The notes under the pieces: generated by a model
Databases searched by the model: none
What the model saw: the letters and a program-made list of their open reading frames with translations, nothing else
What the model was told of the DNA's origin: nothing
In this document: positions 17,503 to 26,348 of the stretch, piece by piece
Layout of the letters: each line of letters opens with the position of its first letter
Position numbering within the stretch: position 1 is the first letter of the stretch
Made by a program: the position numbers and the translations under genes
DNA from: a virus
Lineage: Duplodnaviria > Caudoviricetes
IMG/VR virus record: IMGVR_UViG_3300037851_001309
Span: 1 to 64,000 of that record
Reading direction: 5' to 3' (one strand)
DNA: 64,000 nucleotides

Positions 17503-17679
17503 TTAGCTCCTTTGGTGTACGTCTTGATAGACGGGGGTGTGTTCTTTGTCTTCGTCTTTTACTACTTTGCCGGCCATCTTCCCGAGTTCGGAAAGCTTGA
17601 AACACTGATCAGTCTTTTCCTGGCCTTCAATACGGGAAGAGCCATTCTTCCCTATGACAATTTTAGTATTTGGAAGCAT
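17503..17679 (-). CDS. DUF2997-like small protein (58 aa; not in ORF track)
   Basis: AGGAGGG RBS. MLPNTKIVIGKNGSSRIEGQEKTDQCFKLSELGKMAGKVVKDEDKEHTPVYQDVHQRS has the I.I..dG...IE....QC....E....G.V pattern and sits in the usual position next to DUF1257. Confidence 0.72.
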   Translation of the reverse strand: MLPNTKIVIGKNGSSRIEGQEKTDQCFKLSELGKMAGKVVKDEDKEHTPVYQDVHQRS

Positions 17680-17725
17680 ATTTGCTCCCTCCTTTCAGTA
17701 AAAAATTCATGCAAGAATCAGAGCT

Positions 17726-18430
17726 TCACGGGTTTTGATCCAATTTAGAAAACAATCGACCATACTCAAACCCGTTGACTGCCGGACGGATATTCCACTT
17801 ATCCATGAACGCCTCCATATCTTTCTTATGCCACTCAGTAATTCCTTTGGATGCATTCAGCCTATGGATTACTTTTGATTCAGGCTCGTACCATACCTCA
17901 AAACCTCTATAACGAGCCCAATAGCAAAAATCGCTGTCTGAGTACAACAAAAACATATTGGTATCCATAAGACCTATTTGTTGTACCATAGAGCGTTTAA
18001 ACATAACAGATGCAAAATTTACCCAGGTTTGCTTCTCCGGAAGTCTGCAATGCCCCATGGATATGTAACCACCCTTATGGGCCCCGGCTGGAAATGCCCT
18101 AAGGGTTCCCCCATGACGAATCAAATCAGGGTTGTCCTGATCGATTTGCATTGATCCGGCAATCCCTATCTTTTCACTATAATTCAATCGTTTAATTAAA
18201 GCTTCTTGGGCCCCTGGAAGAACCTGAGCATCTTGGTTCAATAACCAAATATAAGGGGCTGACCCTTTAAGGATCCCATCATTATTTGCTTTGGTAAACC
18301 CTAAATTTTTCTGATTATTATCCAGGGTAATCAAGTTAAAATCTGTGCAGTTTTTATTTATAGACTCAACGAGTTGATCGTAATCTTTCCGATCCCCATA
18401 AAGGACAACAATAATATCTGTAGTTATCAT
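17726..18430 (-). CDS. Glycosyltransferase family 2, WbbL/rhamnosyltransferase-like (234 aa)
   Basis: IIVVLY, LDNN..NLGFTKANNDG, YIWLLNQDA (DxD-like), FASVMFKR..IGLMD..FLLYSDSDFC..ARYRGFEVWYEPESKVIH. Confidence 0.92.
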   Translation of the reverse strand: MITTDIIVVLYGDRKDYDQLVESINKNCTDFNLITLDNNQKNLGFTKANNDGILKGSAPYIWLLNQDAQVLPGAQEALIKRLNYSEKIGIAGSMQIDQDNPDLIRHGGTLRAFPAGAHKGGYISMGHCRLPEKQTWVNFASVMFKRSMVQQIGLMDTNMFLLYSDSDFCYWARYRGFEVWYEPESKVIHRLNASKGITEWHKKDMEAFMDKWNIRPAVNGFEYGRLFSKLDQNP

Positions 18431-18437
18431 TTTTTTC

Positions 18438-18623
18438 CTATCTGATTGTTTTATAGACCTTATATGGCAAAGAAATCGTGTCCAAGTTCACCGCAATCGA
18501 CACAAACCCGCCCCCATCATCTATGGAATTTATGGCCTGGTTCTCCGTTTCAGCCTCAATAATATAAACGTTATTGACGTCGCCACTCATGGCTAACTGT
18601 CGAATTATAAGCCACTTACTCAT
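18438..18623 (-). CDS. Small hypothetical protein (61 aa)
   Basis: Co-oriented, fills the gap. VYIIEAETENQAI is a pattern common in small phage proteins. Confidence 0.7.
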   Translation of the reverse strand: MSKWLIIRQLAMSGDVNNVYIIEAETENQAINSIDDGGGFVSIAVNLDTISLPYKVYKTIR

Positions 18624-18641
18624 TCTATCTCATTTTTTATC

Positions 18642-18687
18642 AAAAAAAATACCATACCATGAAAAGATAAACCTTCATGATATGGTA
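18642..18687 (-). terminator. Rho-independent terminator after sigma factor gene
   Basis: Minus strand taccatatcatgaag...ttttcatggtatggta stem (with G-U pairs) followed by T8. Confidence 0.8.
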
Positions 18688-18707
18688 GGGGTAAAATGAG
18701 AAAATGT

Positions 18708-19427
18708 TTAACTTGCCGAAAAAATCTTTTGATAGAATCGAGTCTTCTTAGGGGATCCGTAGACTATACCATATTCAATCAGCAGGATTTTTATCTTGTT
18801 CTTGAGGGCCGTAATGAAGGTAACGGAGGTTCCATATTTCAGAGCAATGTCCCTATTAGTGTAGCCCTGACGCATGAACTTAAAAACATCAAGGAGGCTT
18901 AGGCCATTTGATTCAACTTCTTTGCATTTCCTACGATTCAGTTTGTAGGTGCGATTCATCTTCTTCAAATACTTTTCGAAGAGATTTAGGTCGCATTCTA
19001 ACCCGTCAACCTGTTCATTGACATAATTGGAATAAAGCCGATTTTCGTATTTTACTTCAAGCCCCTCTTGATTCACCGCGAATTCAATCTCTTCGTAGTC
19101 GTAGCCATCCTGTTGATTGTACCAAGGATAGTCAGAGCGAGTAATTTTGTACCGGTGATTTTCAACCTGAAACTCATTCTCTTTGTGCATATTTTTAACC
19201 ATATTATGCACGATCGGATACAGGTAAGTGCTTATCTGAGGGCACCCCTTAAAATTCGGGTCGAAATTCTGCAGAGTTTTTCTTGTGAGAAACTTCGTGT
19301 ACAGGTTCTGTACTACGTCGTCAACATAGGTGGGCATGTTGAAATCATAGCAGATTCGAGTAACAAGCCGTTTTACTTCAGAATGATTGAAACGGAAAAA
19401 TTCCGCTACATCTTGTGTGTAACGCAT
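18708..19427 (-). CDS. Phage-encoded sigma70-family (ECF-sized) sigma factor (239 aa)
   Basis: Region 2-like VDDVVQNLYTKFL..NFDP..ISTYLYPIVHNMVKN and region 4 HTH LLDVFKFMRQGYTNRDIALKYGTSVTFITALKNKIK. AAGGGG RBS. Confidence 0.8.
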   Translation of the reverse strand: MRYTQDVAEFFRFNHSEVKRLVTRICYDFNMPTYVDDVVQNLYTKFLTRKTLQNFDPNFKGCPQISTYLYPIVHNMVKNMHKENEFQVENHRYKITRSDYPWYNQQDGYDYEEIEFAVNQEGLEVKYENRLYSNYVNEQVDGLECDLNLFEKYLKKMNRTYKLNRRKCKEVESNGLSLLDVFKFMRQGYTNRDIALKYGTSVTFITALKNKIKILLIEYGIVYGSPKKTRFYQKIFSAS

Positions 19428-19527
19428 GGTAGAACCCCTTATTTTGTATTGTGGATCCTTTGTTTTATGTCTTTCCGGCCGAGCTTTATGTGTTCGCGCT
19501 TTATGTGTCGGCTAAACCGGAAACATC

Positions 19528-19556
19528 AAAATAATCGGTGTAGAAAACCAAGTCAA
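19528..19556 (-). promoter_or_regulatory. Host sigma70-type promoter upstream of the sigma factor gene
   Basis: TTGACT - 17 nt - TATTTT on the minus strand, ~100 nt upstream of ATG 19427. Confidence 0.5.
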
Positions 19557-19576
19557 GGGCACAATATTTTTTATCT

Positions 19577-21973
19577 CTACAAGCCAAAATACCGGGCCAA
19601 ACCAACAAAAGCATCAGCAGAAACCTTGACATTAGAAATAAGCATGGAGGACCCGTCTTTGCTATAGAGCCTCAATGTTTTCTTGGGCCCGGAGTAGGCA
19701 GGACATCCTGCTTCTTCGTCCAAAAACAGGATGATGTCATTGAGCCGGCGTACGATGCTCGGGACCGTCCTCTGAACGATATAGTCCAAATTACCGTCAG
19801 TGTCTGCTGTCCCAGCAGGAACAATAACCGGTTCGAGGGTAGTTGAAGGGGGTGGTGTCTCCTCAGGTTTAGGGTCTATTTGCTGTTCTACTGATACTTC
19901 CGCAGTAACCTCTACTTTTACCTCTTCAACCAGAGGGATCGTGACCTGTGTCGGAGCGTGGAATTCAATAGGAGCCACGGAATCTCTAAGCTCAGGATGC
20001 TCCTTGAAAAAATCATTGGTAACATGCCAGCTATCACCGTATTCAGCATCTACCGTAAGGGGGACAGGCCATTTCAAGGGCTCTTCCTGAAGAACATTTT
20101 TGAGGCACATTATGTTATTGATTGGAGGAATATACTCCTCCAGCTTATCTGCAGGCATCTCAAAAACCAACTCATCATGCATCGTGAGAAGTAACTTAAT
20201 TTCATCTTCAAGATGGTTGGCCTTAATCCAGTTATCTACACGGACCATCACCGTCTTCATAATGTCCGCACAAACACCCTGAATCTTAAAATTTGTAGCA
20301 CATCTATCGGCATGTGCTTCCAGACCCCGATCTCCACTATCATAAAACATATGGAGCGGGCGGATTCGGCCGAACTCCGTTTGAGCAAACTTCCTTTTCC
20401 TTGCCAGGGCTCTTTCCCTCTTGATCCAACGATCTAACTGAGGAAGACCTTCGAAGAAAGCAGTGAGGATTCTTTTTGCTTCTTTTTCACTTAGTTTTGC
20501 CTGCTCTGCAAGACCCCTTGGGCCACCACCGTACATTACCAGGAAGTTGGTGGTCTTACTAGCCTGACGTTCAGCTTTGGTGATTTCTTCTTTCCTAAAG
20601 ATAACTTTACCCGTGGCAGTATGGAGATCTGCAGAGCCGTATAAAAATTCGTCCACCCATTTTTTCTCTCTGGACAGGTTCGCCGCCACCCGCAATTCTT
20701 CCCCCGAAAAGTCCATGGCAACGATCTTTTTTCCGGGTCGAGCAATAAAAGCCTTCCGAATATCAGGTACACTTTCATCATAGTTTGCCGGGATGGATTG
20801 CACATTTACGGCAGAATAACCATCTTGATCGATACCTTTCCCTCCTGGGGAAGAGAACCGCCCAGTATCCGTTCCGTTTTGATTAAAAGACAGCTTAATA
20901 CAGTTATCCTCATCACAGTTCTTAATTAGGTTCTCGACATACGTACCCAAGGACTTTTCCAATTCCCGATGTTCAATAAGTTTCTTCACGATCGGATGTT
21001 CGTCTGCAATCTTTTCCAACGTAGCTATATCGGTCTTGTATTGCCCTCGGGCGGTCTTCTCTTTTTCAGGATAACGGTATTTAAGTTTATCGAAAAGGAT
21101 TTTTCCTAACTGCTGGGTGCTGGCTATATTAAAAACTTCTCCTGCCAGCTCATGCACCTCTTTTTCAATGTCGGTCAATTTTGTCTTGATCCGATCTTTT
21201 TCCTTCAGTAAATATTCCCGGTCTATTTTTATAAGATTTGCCTCCATCTGCATAACGACAGGTACGAGGCGTTTTTCAAGGTTATAAATAGGCCTTTGAT
21301 CAATGACCGTTTTTTGCGTCATGAAAAATTCGTACAACCCATACGTACAGATAGCGTCGGAAGCTGCATAGATATAGCAGATCTTGGGAGAAACCAGAGT
21401 GAATTGCTTGGTTCCCCCTGTAATCTCATCAAAGTCGACCATGGGTTGATTAAGGATTTTATCCGAGAGATATTTCAGACCGATTTCTTTCTGGCCTGCA
21501 TCATACAATCGGGCAAGGATCAGGGTATCCTCAAAGCGATCGAACTGATTAACAATGATCCCCTCATTTTTAAGCACTTGAAGGTCATATTTGGCGTTGT
21601 GGACTATGATGATACAGTTATTGCATAGCCGACGTATCTCGTCCATGACAGGGGCCTCAGGAAGATTGTACTCTACCCCTCCTCTATGGTTAGTTGCCAC
21701 ATAAATGGCATTTGAAACGTCATAAGCTATGCTGAATCCGAGTATTTTGATGTAGGGCACTCCATCTTTTCTCACTCTGGTATTCAGCCCGGTAGCCTCA
21801 AGGTCGAGAGCACACACATTTCTTTCTATGCATTTATCAATGAAATCATGAAGCTCCTGGGTGCTTTCACAGAGCTTCATGTTCTTATCTTTCATCCAGG
21901 CCATGGCCCTGGTGATGTCTTTGACATTGTCTTCGAGATATTCTTCAAAACCTATGGTTGTGACTTTAGGCAT
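19577..21973 (-). CDS. polA: DNA polymerase family A with 3'-5' exonuclease, no 5'-3' nuclease (798 aa)
   Basis: Exo motifs ALDLEATGL, HNAKYDL, YAASDA. Pol motifs DTGRFSS, MDFSGEELRV (A), RQASKTTNFLVMYG (B; Phe at the 762-equivalent position), MHDELVFE (C), DAEYGDSW. Confidence 0.96.
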   Translation of the reverse strand: MPKVTTIGFEEYLEDNVKDITRAMAWMKDKNMKLCESTQELHDFIDKCIERNVCALDLEATGLNTRVRKDGVPYIKILGFSIAYDVSNAIYVATNHRGGVEYNLPEAPVMDEIRRLCNNCIIIVHNAKYDLQVLKNEGIIVNQFDRFEDTLILARLYDAGQKEIGLKYLSDKILNQPMVDFDEITGGTKQFTLVSPKICYIYAASDAICTYGLYEFFMTQKTVIDQRPIYNLEKRLVPVVMQMEANLIKIDREYLLKEKDRIKTKLTDIEKEVHELAGEVFNIASTQQLGKILFDKLKYRYPEKEKTARGQYKTDIATLEKIADEHPIVKKLIEHRELEKSLGTYVENLIKNCDEDNCIKLSFNQNGTDTGRFSSPGGKGIDQDGYSAVNVQSIPANYDESVPDIRKAFIARPGKKIVAMDFSGEELRVAANLSREKKWVDEFLYGSADLHTATGKVIFRKEEITKAERQASKTTNFLVMYGGGPRGLAEQAKLSEKEAKRILTAFFEGLPQLDRWIKRERALARKRKFAQTEFGRIRPLHMFYDSGDRGLEAHADRCATNFKIQGVCADIMKTVMVRVDNWIKANHLEDEIKLLLTMHDELVFEMPADKLEEYIPPINNIMCLKNVLQEEPLKWPVPLTVDAEYGDSWHVTNDFFKEHPELRDSVAPIEFHAPTQVTIPLVEEVKVEVTAEVSVEQQIDPKPEETPPPSTTLEPVIVPAGTADTDGNLDYIVQRTVPSIVRRLNDIILFLDEEAGCPAYSGPKKTLRLYSKDGSSMLISNVKVSADAFVGLARYFGL

Positions 21974-22500
21974 AGTATTTTATCCTGTATTTTATTTAAA
22001 CTTTCCGTTGAATCCGCCCCTTTTGATATTGCATACTCCGTCATAAAGAAAGCAGCACAAAGAGCACGATATTTTTCAAATGGAATTTTCTGTCTTAGGT
22101 CAATAATATTTGACCTGATCTGTATTACGTCTACTTCCTTCACAGAATAAGTTCGGTCAGGAAGCCCCAGTTCAGGTGTCTCAGGAATTGATGATGTATC
22201 AATCCTGTATCTTTTTATTATGTAATCCAAAGTCTCATTATAGGACAGCTTCTCCATATCTTTGACAAAAGAAACAACATCCCAAGATTTCCTGCATACC
22301 CAGCAATAGCAGGATTTAGTAGAATTATACAATCGAGCAGAAGGCTTCGAATCCTTCCCATGGATAGGGCATTTGAATTGAACCTCGCTGGCAAGATGTG
22401 GGTCATAAGCAAAGCTGACCTTATAGGCCAGCATCACATCTGCAAGATTAAGAGTATCTACAATAAGATCCCTCAATTTTTGGGGGTCTTTCAAACTCAT
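21952..22500 (-). CDS. Stand-alone primase CHC2 zinc-finger protein (182 aa)
   Basis: FKCPIHGKDSKPSARLY..CYCWVC..SWDVVSFVKDMEKLSYNETLDYI. No TOPRIM domain in the ORF. Confidence 0.88.
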   Translation of the reverse strand: MSLKDPQKLRDLIVDTLNLADVMLAYKVSFAYDPHLASEVQFKCPIHGKDSKPSARLYNSTKSCYCWVCRKSWDVVSFVKDMEKLSYNETLDYIIKRYRIDTSSIPETPELGLPDRTYSVKEVDVIQIRSNIIDLRQKIPFEKYRALCAAFFMTEYAISKGADSTESLNKIQDKILCLKSQP

Positions 22501-22501
22501 C

Positions 22502-23989
22502 TTATACGTCCAAGGGGATTACACCGACAGTATTCTCTTTTTCTTCTGTCTTCTTTTTCTGTATAAACTCTCGTATCTGCCGAGTTCCAAAGTCTATGTG
22601 GGCCTCGAAAGGATCAAACCCGGCACCCTTTCGATGAGCTAAGCAAGCCAGTTTAATGATCCCCGACTTTTTCATCTCGTCACTCATATAGGTTGAGATA
22701 ATTAAGTCACAGGACCGTTCAGCTTCGTTGGCATTTGATAAAGCGGAAAGTTTATACATCCCGTCATTTTTCTCAGCATCTTTATGTCCTTGCCGGTTTA
22801 TCTGGAATGGGCTGATGATACGAAGCATCCGTCCGTTGTCAAAATTAATACACATGTTCTTCAGCTTTTTTATCACGTTATTGAGGTCAATATTCCAATC
22901 CCCATAACGATCGCTCTGATCTGGTACCATTAGCCCGACATAGTCAACGATCAGGAAGTCCAAGGTTTTGCCAACATCCATAAGGCGGGCATTGTAATCA
23001 TAGGCCAGCATCTCAAGTCTGGACGGGGTTAAACTCTCAGTAGGCTGATGGACATACAGACTTCCAAAGTCTGTACGAGAGGAAAAATCCATCGAGGCGA
23101 ATTCAAAAAACTCCTGCTCCATATCTGATAGCTCGCCATAGTTTACCTTATCATAAGTAACGTTTCCTATAAGTCCTTTGTACTTTTGATGGTCAAGCCA
23201 ATCAGCGTTACAGGTGTGGAGAACATAGAGCATGTCACGCATTTCCTGAAAATTCATCTCCAGAGTAACAAACATCCCATTAAGTCCCTGCATAACCCCG
23301 TTATAGGCCAGATTGGTAATGGTAATGGTCTTACCTTGTTTTACATAGGCGGCGACCATCATCAGTTCCCCAGGCTTCAATCCACGAACACTATCATCGA
23401 TGCGGTCAAGAAAGGTATACATCCCCAGATTTCTTAATGGGTCAGCTTTCCTTTGCTTGTACTGATCTATAACTTCTTTACTATCAACAGTGGTTTTTAT
23501 ATCGCTTTCAGTTTTTGTAGTCAGATTCGTCATTCGGAAATCGCGGGATTTGCTGATGATATACTCAATAGCAGCCCCAATACCCTTGATCTCTTTTTTC
23601 CCTATTTTTAAACCATCATTGGCTATCTGCCAGGTTTCCTGCAATGCTTTTTGAAGGGAAGCATTTGATTGCTCCTCGAATTTCTCCTTGAGGATCGCTT
23701 TATAATCGGATCGAATATAAGGGAATTCAGGGACGATGTCCCGAATTGATGCCAGTACTCCCTCATTACCCTCTTTTTCTGCTTTGGAATTCAGGAGATT
23801 TACAGAAGGTAATTCTTTGTACTCCCGATGGTGAGCTTCAATCCAATGGTATAAAGTGATATAAGATGGATCCTCAGGCTTTACCTTGCTGGCCAGAAAA
23901 GCACGATAATTCTGATCCAGGTCTTCCATGTCAATAGTAGGGCGACCGTCTTTAGGGACATCAATTATAGATCTGAATATTCTTTTCAT
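22502..23989 (-). CDS. DnaB-like replicative helicase (495 aa)
   Basis: GLKPGELMMVAAYVKQGKT (Walker A), FVTLEM, LIVDYVGLM (Walker B), QINRQG, SNANEAERSCDLII. Confidence 0.92.
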   Translation of the reverse strand: MKRIFRSIIDVPKDGRPTIDMEDLDQNYRAFLASKVKPEDPSYITLYHWIEAHHREYKELPSVNLLNSKAEKEGNEGVLASIRDIVPEFPYIRSDYKAILKEKFEEQSNASLQKALQETWQIANDGLKIGKKEIKGIGAAIEYIISKSRDFRMTNLTTKTESDIKTTVDSKEVIDQYKQRKADPLRNLGMYTFLDRIDDSVRGLKPGELMMVAAYVKQGKTITITNLAYNGVMQGLNGMFVTLEMNFQEMRDMLYVLHTCNADWLDHQKYKGLIGNVTYDKVNYGELSDMEQEFFEFASMDFSSRTDFGSLYVHQPTESLTPSRLEMLAYDYNARLMDVGKTLDFLIVDYVGLMVPDQSDRYGDWNIDLNNVIKKLKNMCINFDNGRMLRIISPFQINRQGHKDAEKNDGMYKLSALSNANEAERSCDLIISTYMSDEMKKSGIIKLACLAHRKGAGFDPFEAHIDFGTRQIREFIQKKKTEEKENTVGVIPLDV

Positions 23990-23992
23990 ATG

Positions 23993-24682
23993 TTATCCTA
24001 CAGGGCTGAATCCAGCGGCAAAATTTTTACTTTTAGTTATTTCATTACTTTTTATAACGGCATTCTGAGAAGAGATAGTAATTTTTTCATAGGTCTTGAT
24101 AATCTCTTCAAGCTCCGTCGACTTCTCCTGCTCACACTGAGCAATTGTAGGCTTTAAAATGGGAAGATATATCCACGTTGGCTTTTTTTCTTCCCTTCGA
24201 ATCTGTGCTAAATGGCTCATGCAAGGAGCAATAGCCTTGTTCTTCTCAACAGTTCCGAAGTTTACAATAACAAGATCAAAATCGGAAAGAGCAGAAAGAT
24301 GTAGCCATGTATCATCATCCTTGGCTATATAATAATCCTGAACGATATCGATTGATCGGGCAAACAGTATTCTTGGCTTAGGGTTAATAAACCGGTTTTT
24401 CATAAGGAGTGATTTTATTTGAAGCACAAAGGTATCATAATTCCCGGTGATGATAAAATTCGGGCTGTTTATGAGATCGTACGGCTTGAACAAAAGCTGA
24501 GGATCCATTTTGTCGGGATGCAGGTATGTTGTATTCAGATATTGAATGAGTTTGTTTTCTCTGGAAACAATAACTGATGCAAGACATACGCAAGGTACGC
24601 TTGCCATTCTTTTTAACTTGGTTCTTTCATGGAGCACAGGGATCATGGTTTCCCCTGTGCCATTACAATATTCACACTTCAT
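23993..24682 (-). CDS. DnaC/helicase-loader-like protein with Zn ribbon and degenerate P-loop (start revised to MKCEYC)
   Basis: N-terminal CEYCNGTG..SVPCVC. The AAA-like core NFIITGNYDTF lacks GKT/S. Also contains LSDFDLVIVNFG and RREEKKPTWI. Lies directly upstream of DnaB. Confidence 0.6.
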   Translation of the reverse strand: MKCEYCNGTGETMIPVLHERTKLKRMASVPCVCLASVIVSRENKLIQYLNTTYLHPDKMDPQLLFKPYDLINSPNFIITGNYDTFVLQIKSLLMKNRFINPKPRILFARSIDIVQDYYIAKDDDTWLHLSALSDFDLVIVNFGTVEKNKAIAPCMSHLAQIRREEKKPTWIYLPILKPTIAQCEQEKSTELEEIIKTYEKITISSQNAVIKSNEITKSKNFAAGFSPVG

Positions 24683-26348
24683 GTTCTGCATCCTCGAGAA
24701 TATCTTGATAAAGTGCATCAAGGGTGTCGTCATCCTCAGTGAATACCAGGGCACCTTTTGCGGTATCCCCCAATATTTCATCACTTAAATCTTTTTTCTT
24801 CGACACCCTATTCATTACTCGTACGTCAATGGTCCCTTTATTTATCATATGAATAAGAAGGACATGCTCCTGAAGGCTTCCAATTCGTTGGGCACGCCCT
24901 ATAGTCTGAACAAGATCACCATAGCTCCAAGGCGTGTCATAGAAGATGATTACTCCTGCAGCCTGCAAATTTAACGAAGCAGAACCTGCAGTAGTGATAA
25001 ACATAACCCTGCATTCCGGATCATTCTGGAATTTTAATCGGGCCTGATCTCTTTCTTGGGTAGTAAGAACATCTCCCGTAATCTTCGTGTACTTTACCCC
25101 GCACCGCTCACAAATCGACTCAAGCACATGAAGGCCACTTTTGAATCGAGAAAAAACCAATATCTTTTCAGTGAGAAGTTCTTCTGATATCAGCCGTTCA
25201 AATTCAATCTCTTTGCTGGAATCATGGGGATCATTAACTAATTTTGGCCCATTGCTTATCATCTGACAGTACACCAGAGCAGCCAACTTCCCTCTTTTTC
25301 TTCCATCTTCAGTAAGATATTTGTCGTACTTTTCCTTACGCTCATTGTAGAGGGCAAGAGTCTTTTCATCCGTATTCCCAGCACGGACCTTATCATAAAC
25401 TTCAAAATATTCCCTCTTGATCCGCTCCTCGTAGATGATCCCGGACAGTGCCTTCTTATAAAGCTCTTTCTGTTCTGGCTCCATCTCCAAAATTGCTTTG
25501 CGGGAAATCAATTTAGGTAATTCAGACGCTACATCTTCTTTTTTTCGAGTGAGTATATAAGGGTCAATCAGTTGCTTAAATTGAGTTAAGTTCTTGTACC
25601 CTATAGTCTTAGGAAGATACCTGTCTTTGCCGTTGATGTGCAGTTTCATGAGCTTCTGCTCACAAAACATCTTACAAAATGATGTGATATTCCCAAAAAG
25701 CCCGGGGACTACAACCGCATAGATACTCCATACTTCTTCCAAGGTATTCTTAATAATGGTGGCCGAGAGACCATAAACCCTGCTGGCTGAATCAGCCAAT
25801 TGCTGGCAGGCAAAAAATGTTTTGGTCTTACGATTCTTAAATACATGGACTTCATCGAAGCACACCATGTAATTCGAGCCCAGGGTCGCTTTTACTGTCT
25901 CATACTCATCCATGAGTGGAGTGTAACCCATGACAAGGACCTGTTCTTTAAACTGCTTATATTGGGCACTCCGCGCATTATAGCCGGTCATTCCCGCAAA
26001 CTCATTGGTAATGACTCGACATTCTATGCCGGTCGTAAATTTTTCGAACTCCTCTTTCCACTGGAACATGGCGGACTTCGGACAAAGCACAATCAGTTTT
26101 AACGAAGGGTCATTTTCTAAAAGAAAACTGAAAGCAGCAATCATCTGAAGCGTCTTTCCAATACCTGTCGCGTCGCCAAGAACCATTCTATTAAGGAGCA
26201 TCATATGGAGAGCACCTATTACCTGATAATAGCGAAGTTTCGTTTCAGGCTTGAGATACTTGTTCGGCTTGAATTCAGCCGTGGTAGACTTACGTAACTC
26301 TATCAGTTTCGGGTATATAGATGGTATTTTTACGAAATTTTCAGCCAT
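24672..26348 (-). CDS. SNF2-family helicase/translocase (start MAENF, ~558 aa)
   Basis: LRYYQ, LGDATGIGKT, LCPKS, CFDEVH, GLSATIIKN, LVFSRF, SLNLQAA..IFYDTPWS..QTIGRAQRIGS. GGAG RBS before ATG 26348. Confidence 0.95.
   Translation of the reverse strand: MAENFVKIPSIYPKLIELRKSTTAEFKPNKYLKPETKLRYYQVIGALHMMLLNRMVLGDATGIGKTLQMIAAFSFLLENDPSLKLIVLCPKSAMFQWKEEFEKFTTGIECRVITNEFAGMTGYNARSAQYKQFKEQVLVMGYTPLMDEYETVKATLGSNYMVCFDEVHVFKNRKTKTFFACQQLADSASRVYGLSATIIKNTLEEVWSIYAVVVPGLFGNITSFCKMFCEQKLMKLHINGKDRYLPKTIGYKNLTQFKQLIDPYILTRKKEDVASELPKLISRKAILEMEPEQKELYKKALSGIIYEERIKREYFEVYDKVRAGNTDEKTLALYNERKEKYDKYLTEDGRKRGKLAALVYCQMISNGPKLVNDPHDSSKEIEFERLISEELLTEKILVFSRFKSGLHVLESICERCGVKYTKITGDVLTTQERDQARLKFQNDPECRVMFITTAGSASLNLQAAGVIIFYDTPWSYGDLVQTIGRAQRIGSLQEHVLLIHMINKGTIDVRVMNRVSKKKDLSDEILGDTAKGALVFTEDDDTLDALYQDILEDAEHEV

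Noticed and set aside
19577-26348. Inteins or self-splicing introns in PolA, DnaB or SNF2
   Set aside because: Core motifs are contiguous at normal spacing. No C..HN splice motifs or LAGLIDADG/HNH inserts were seen.
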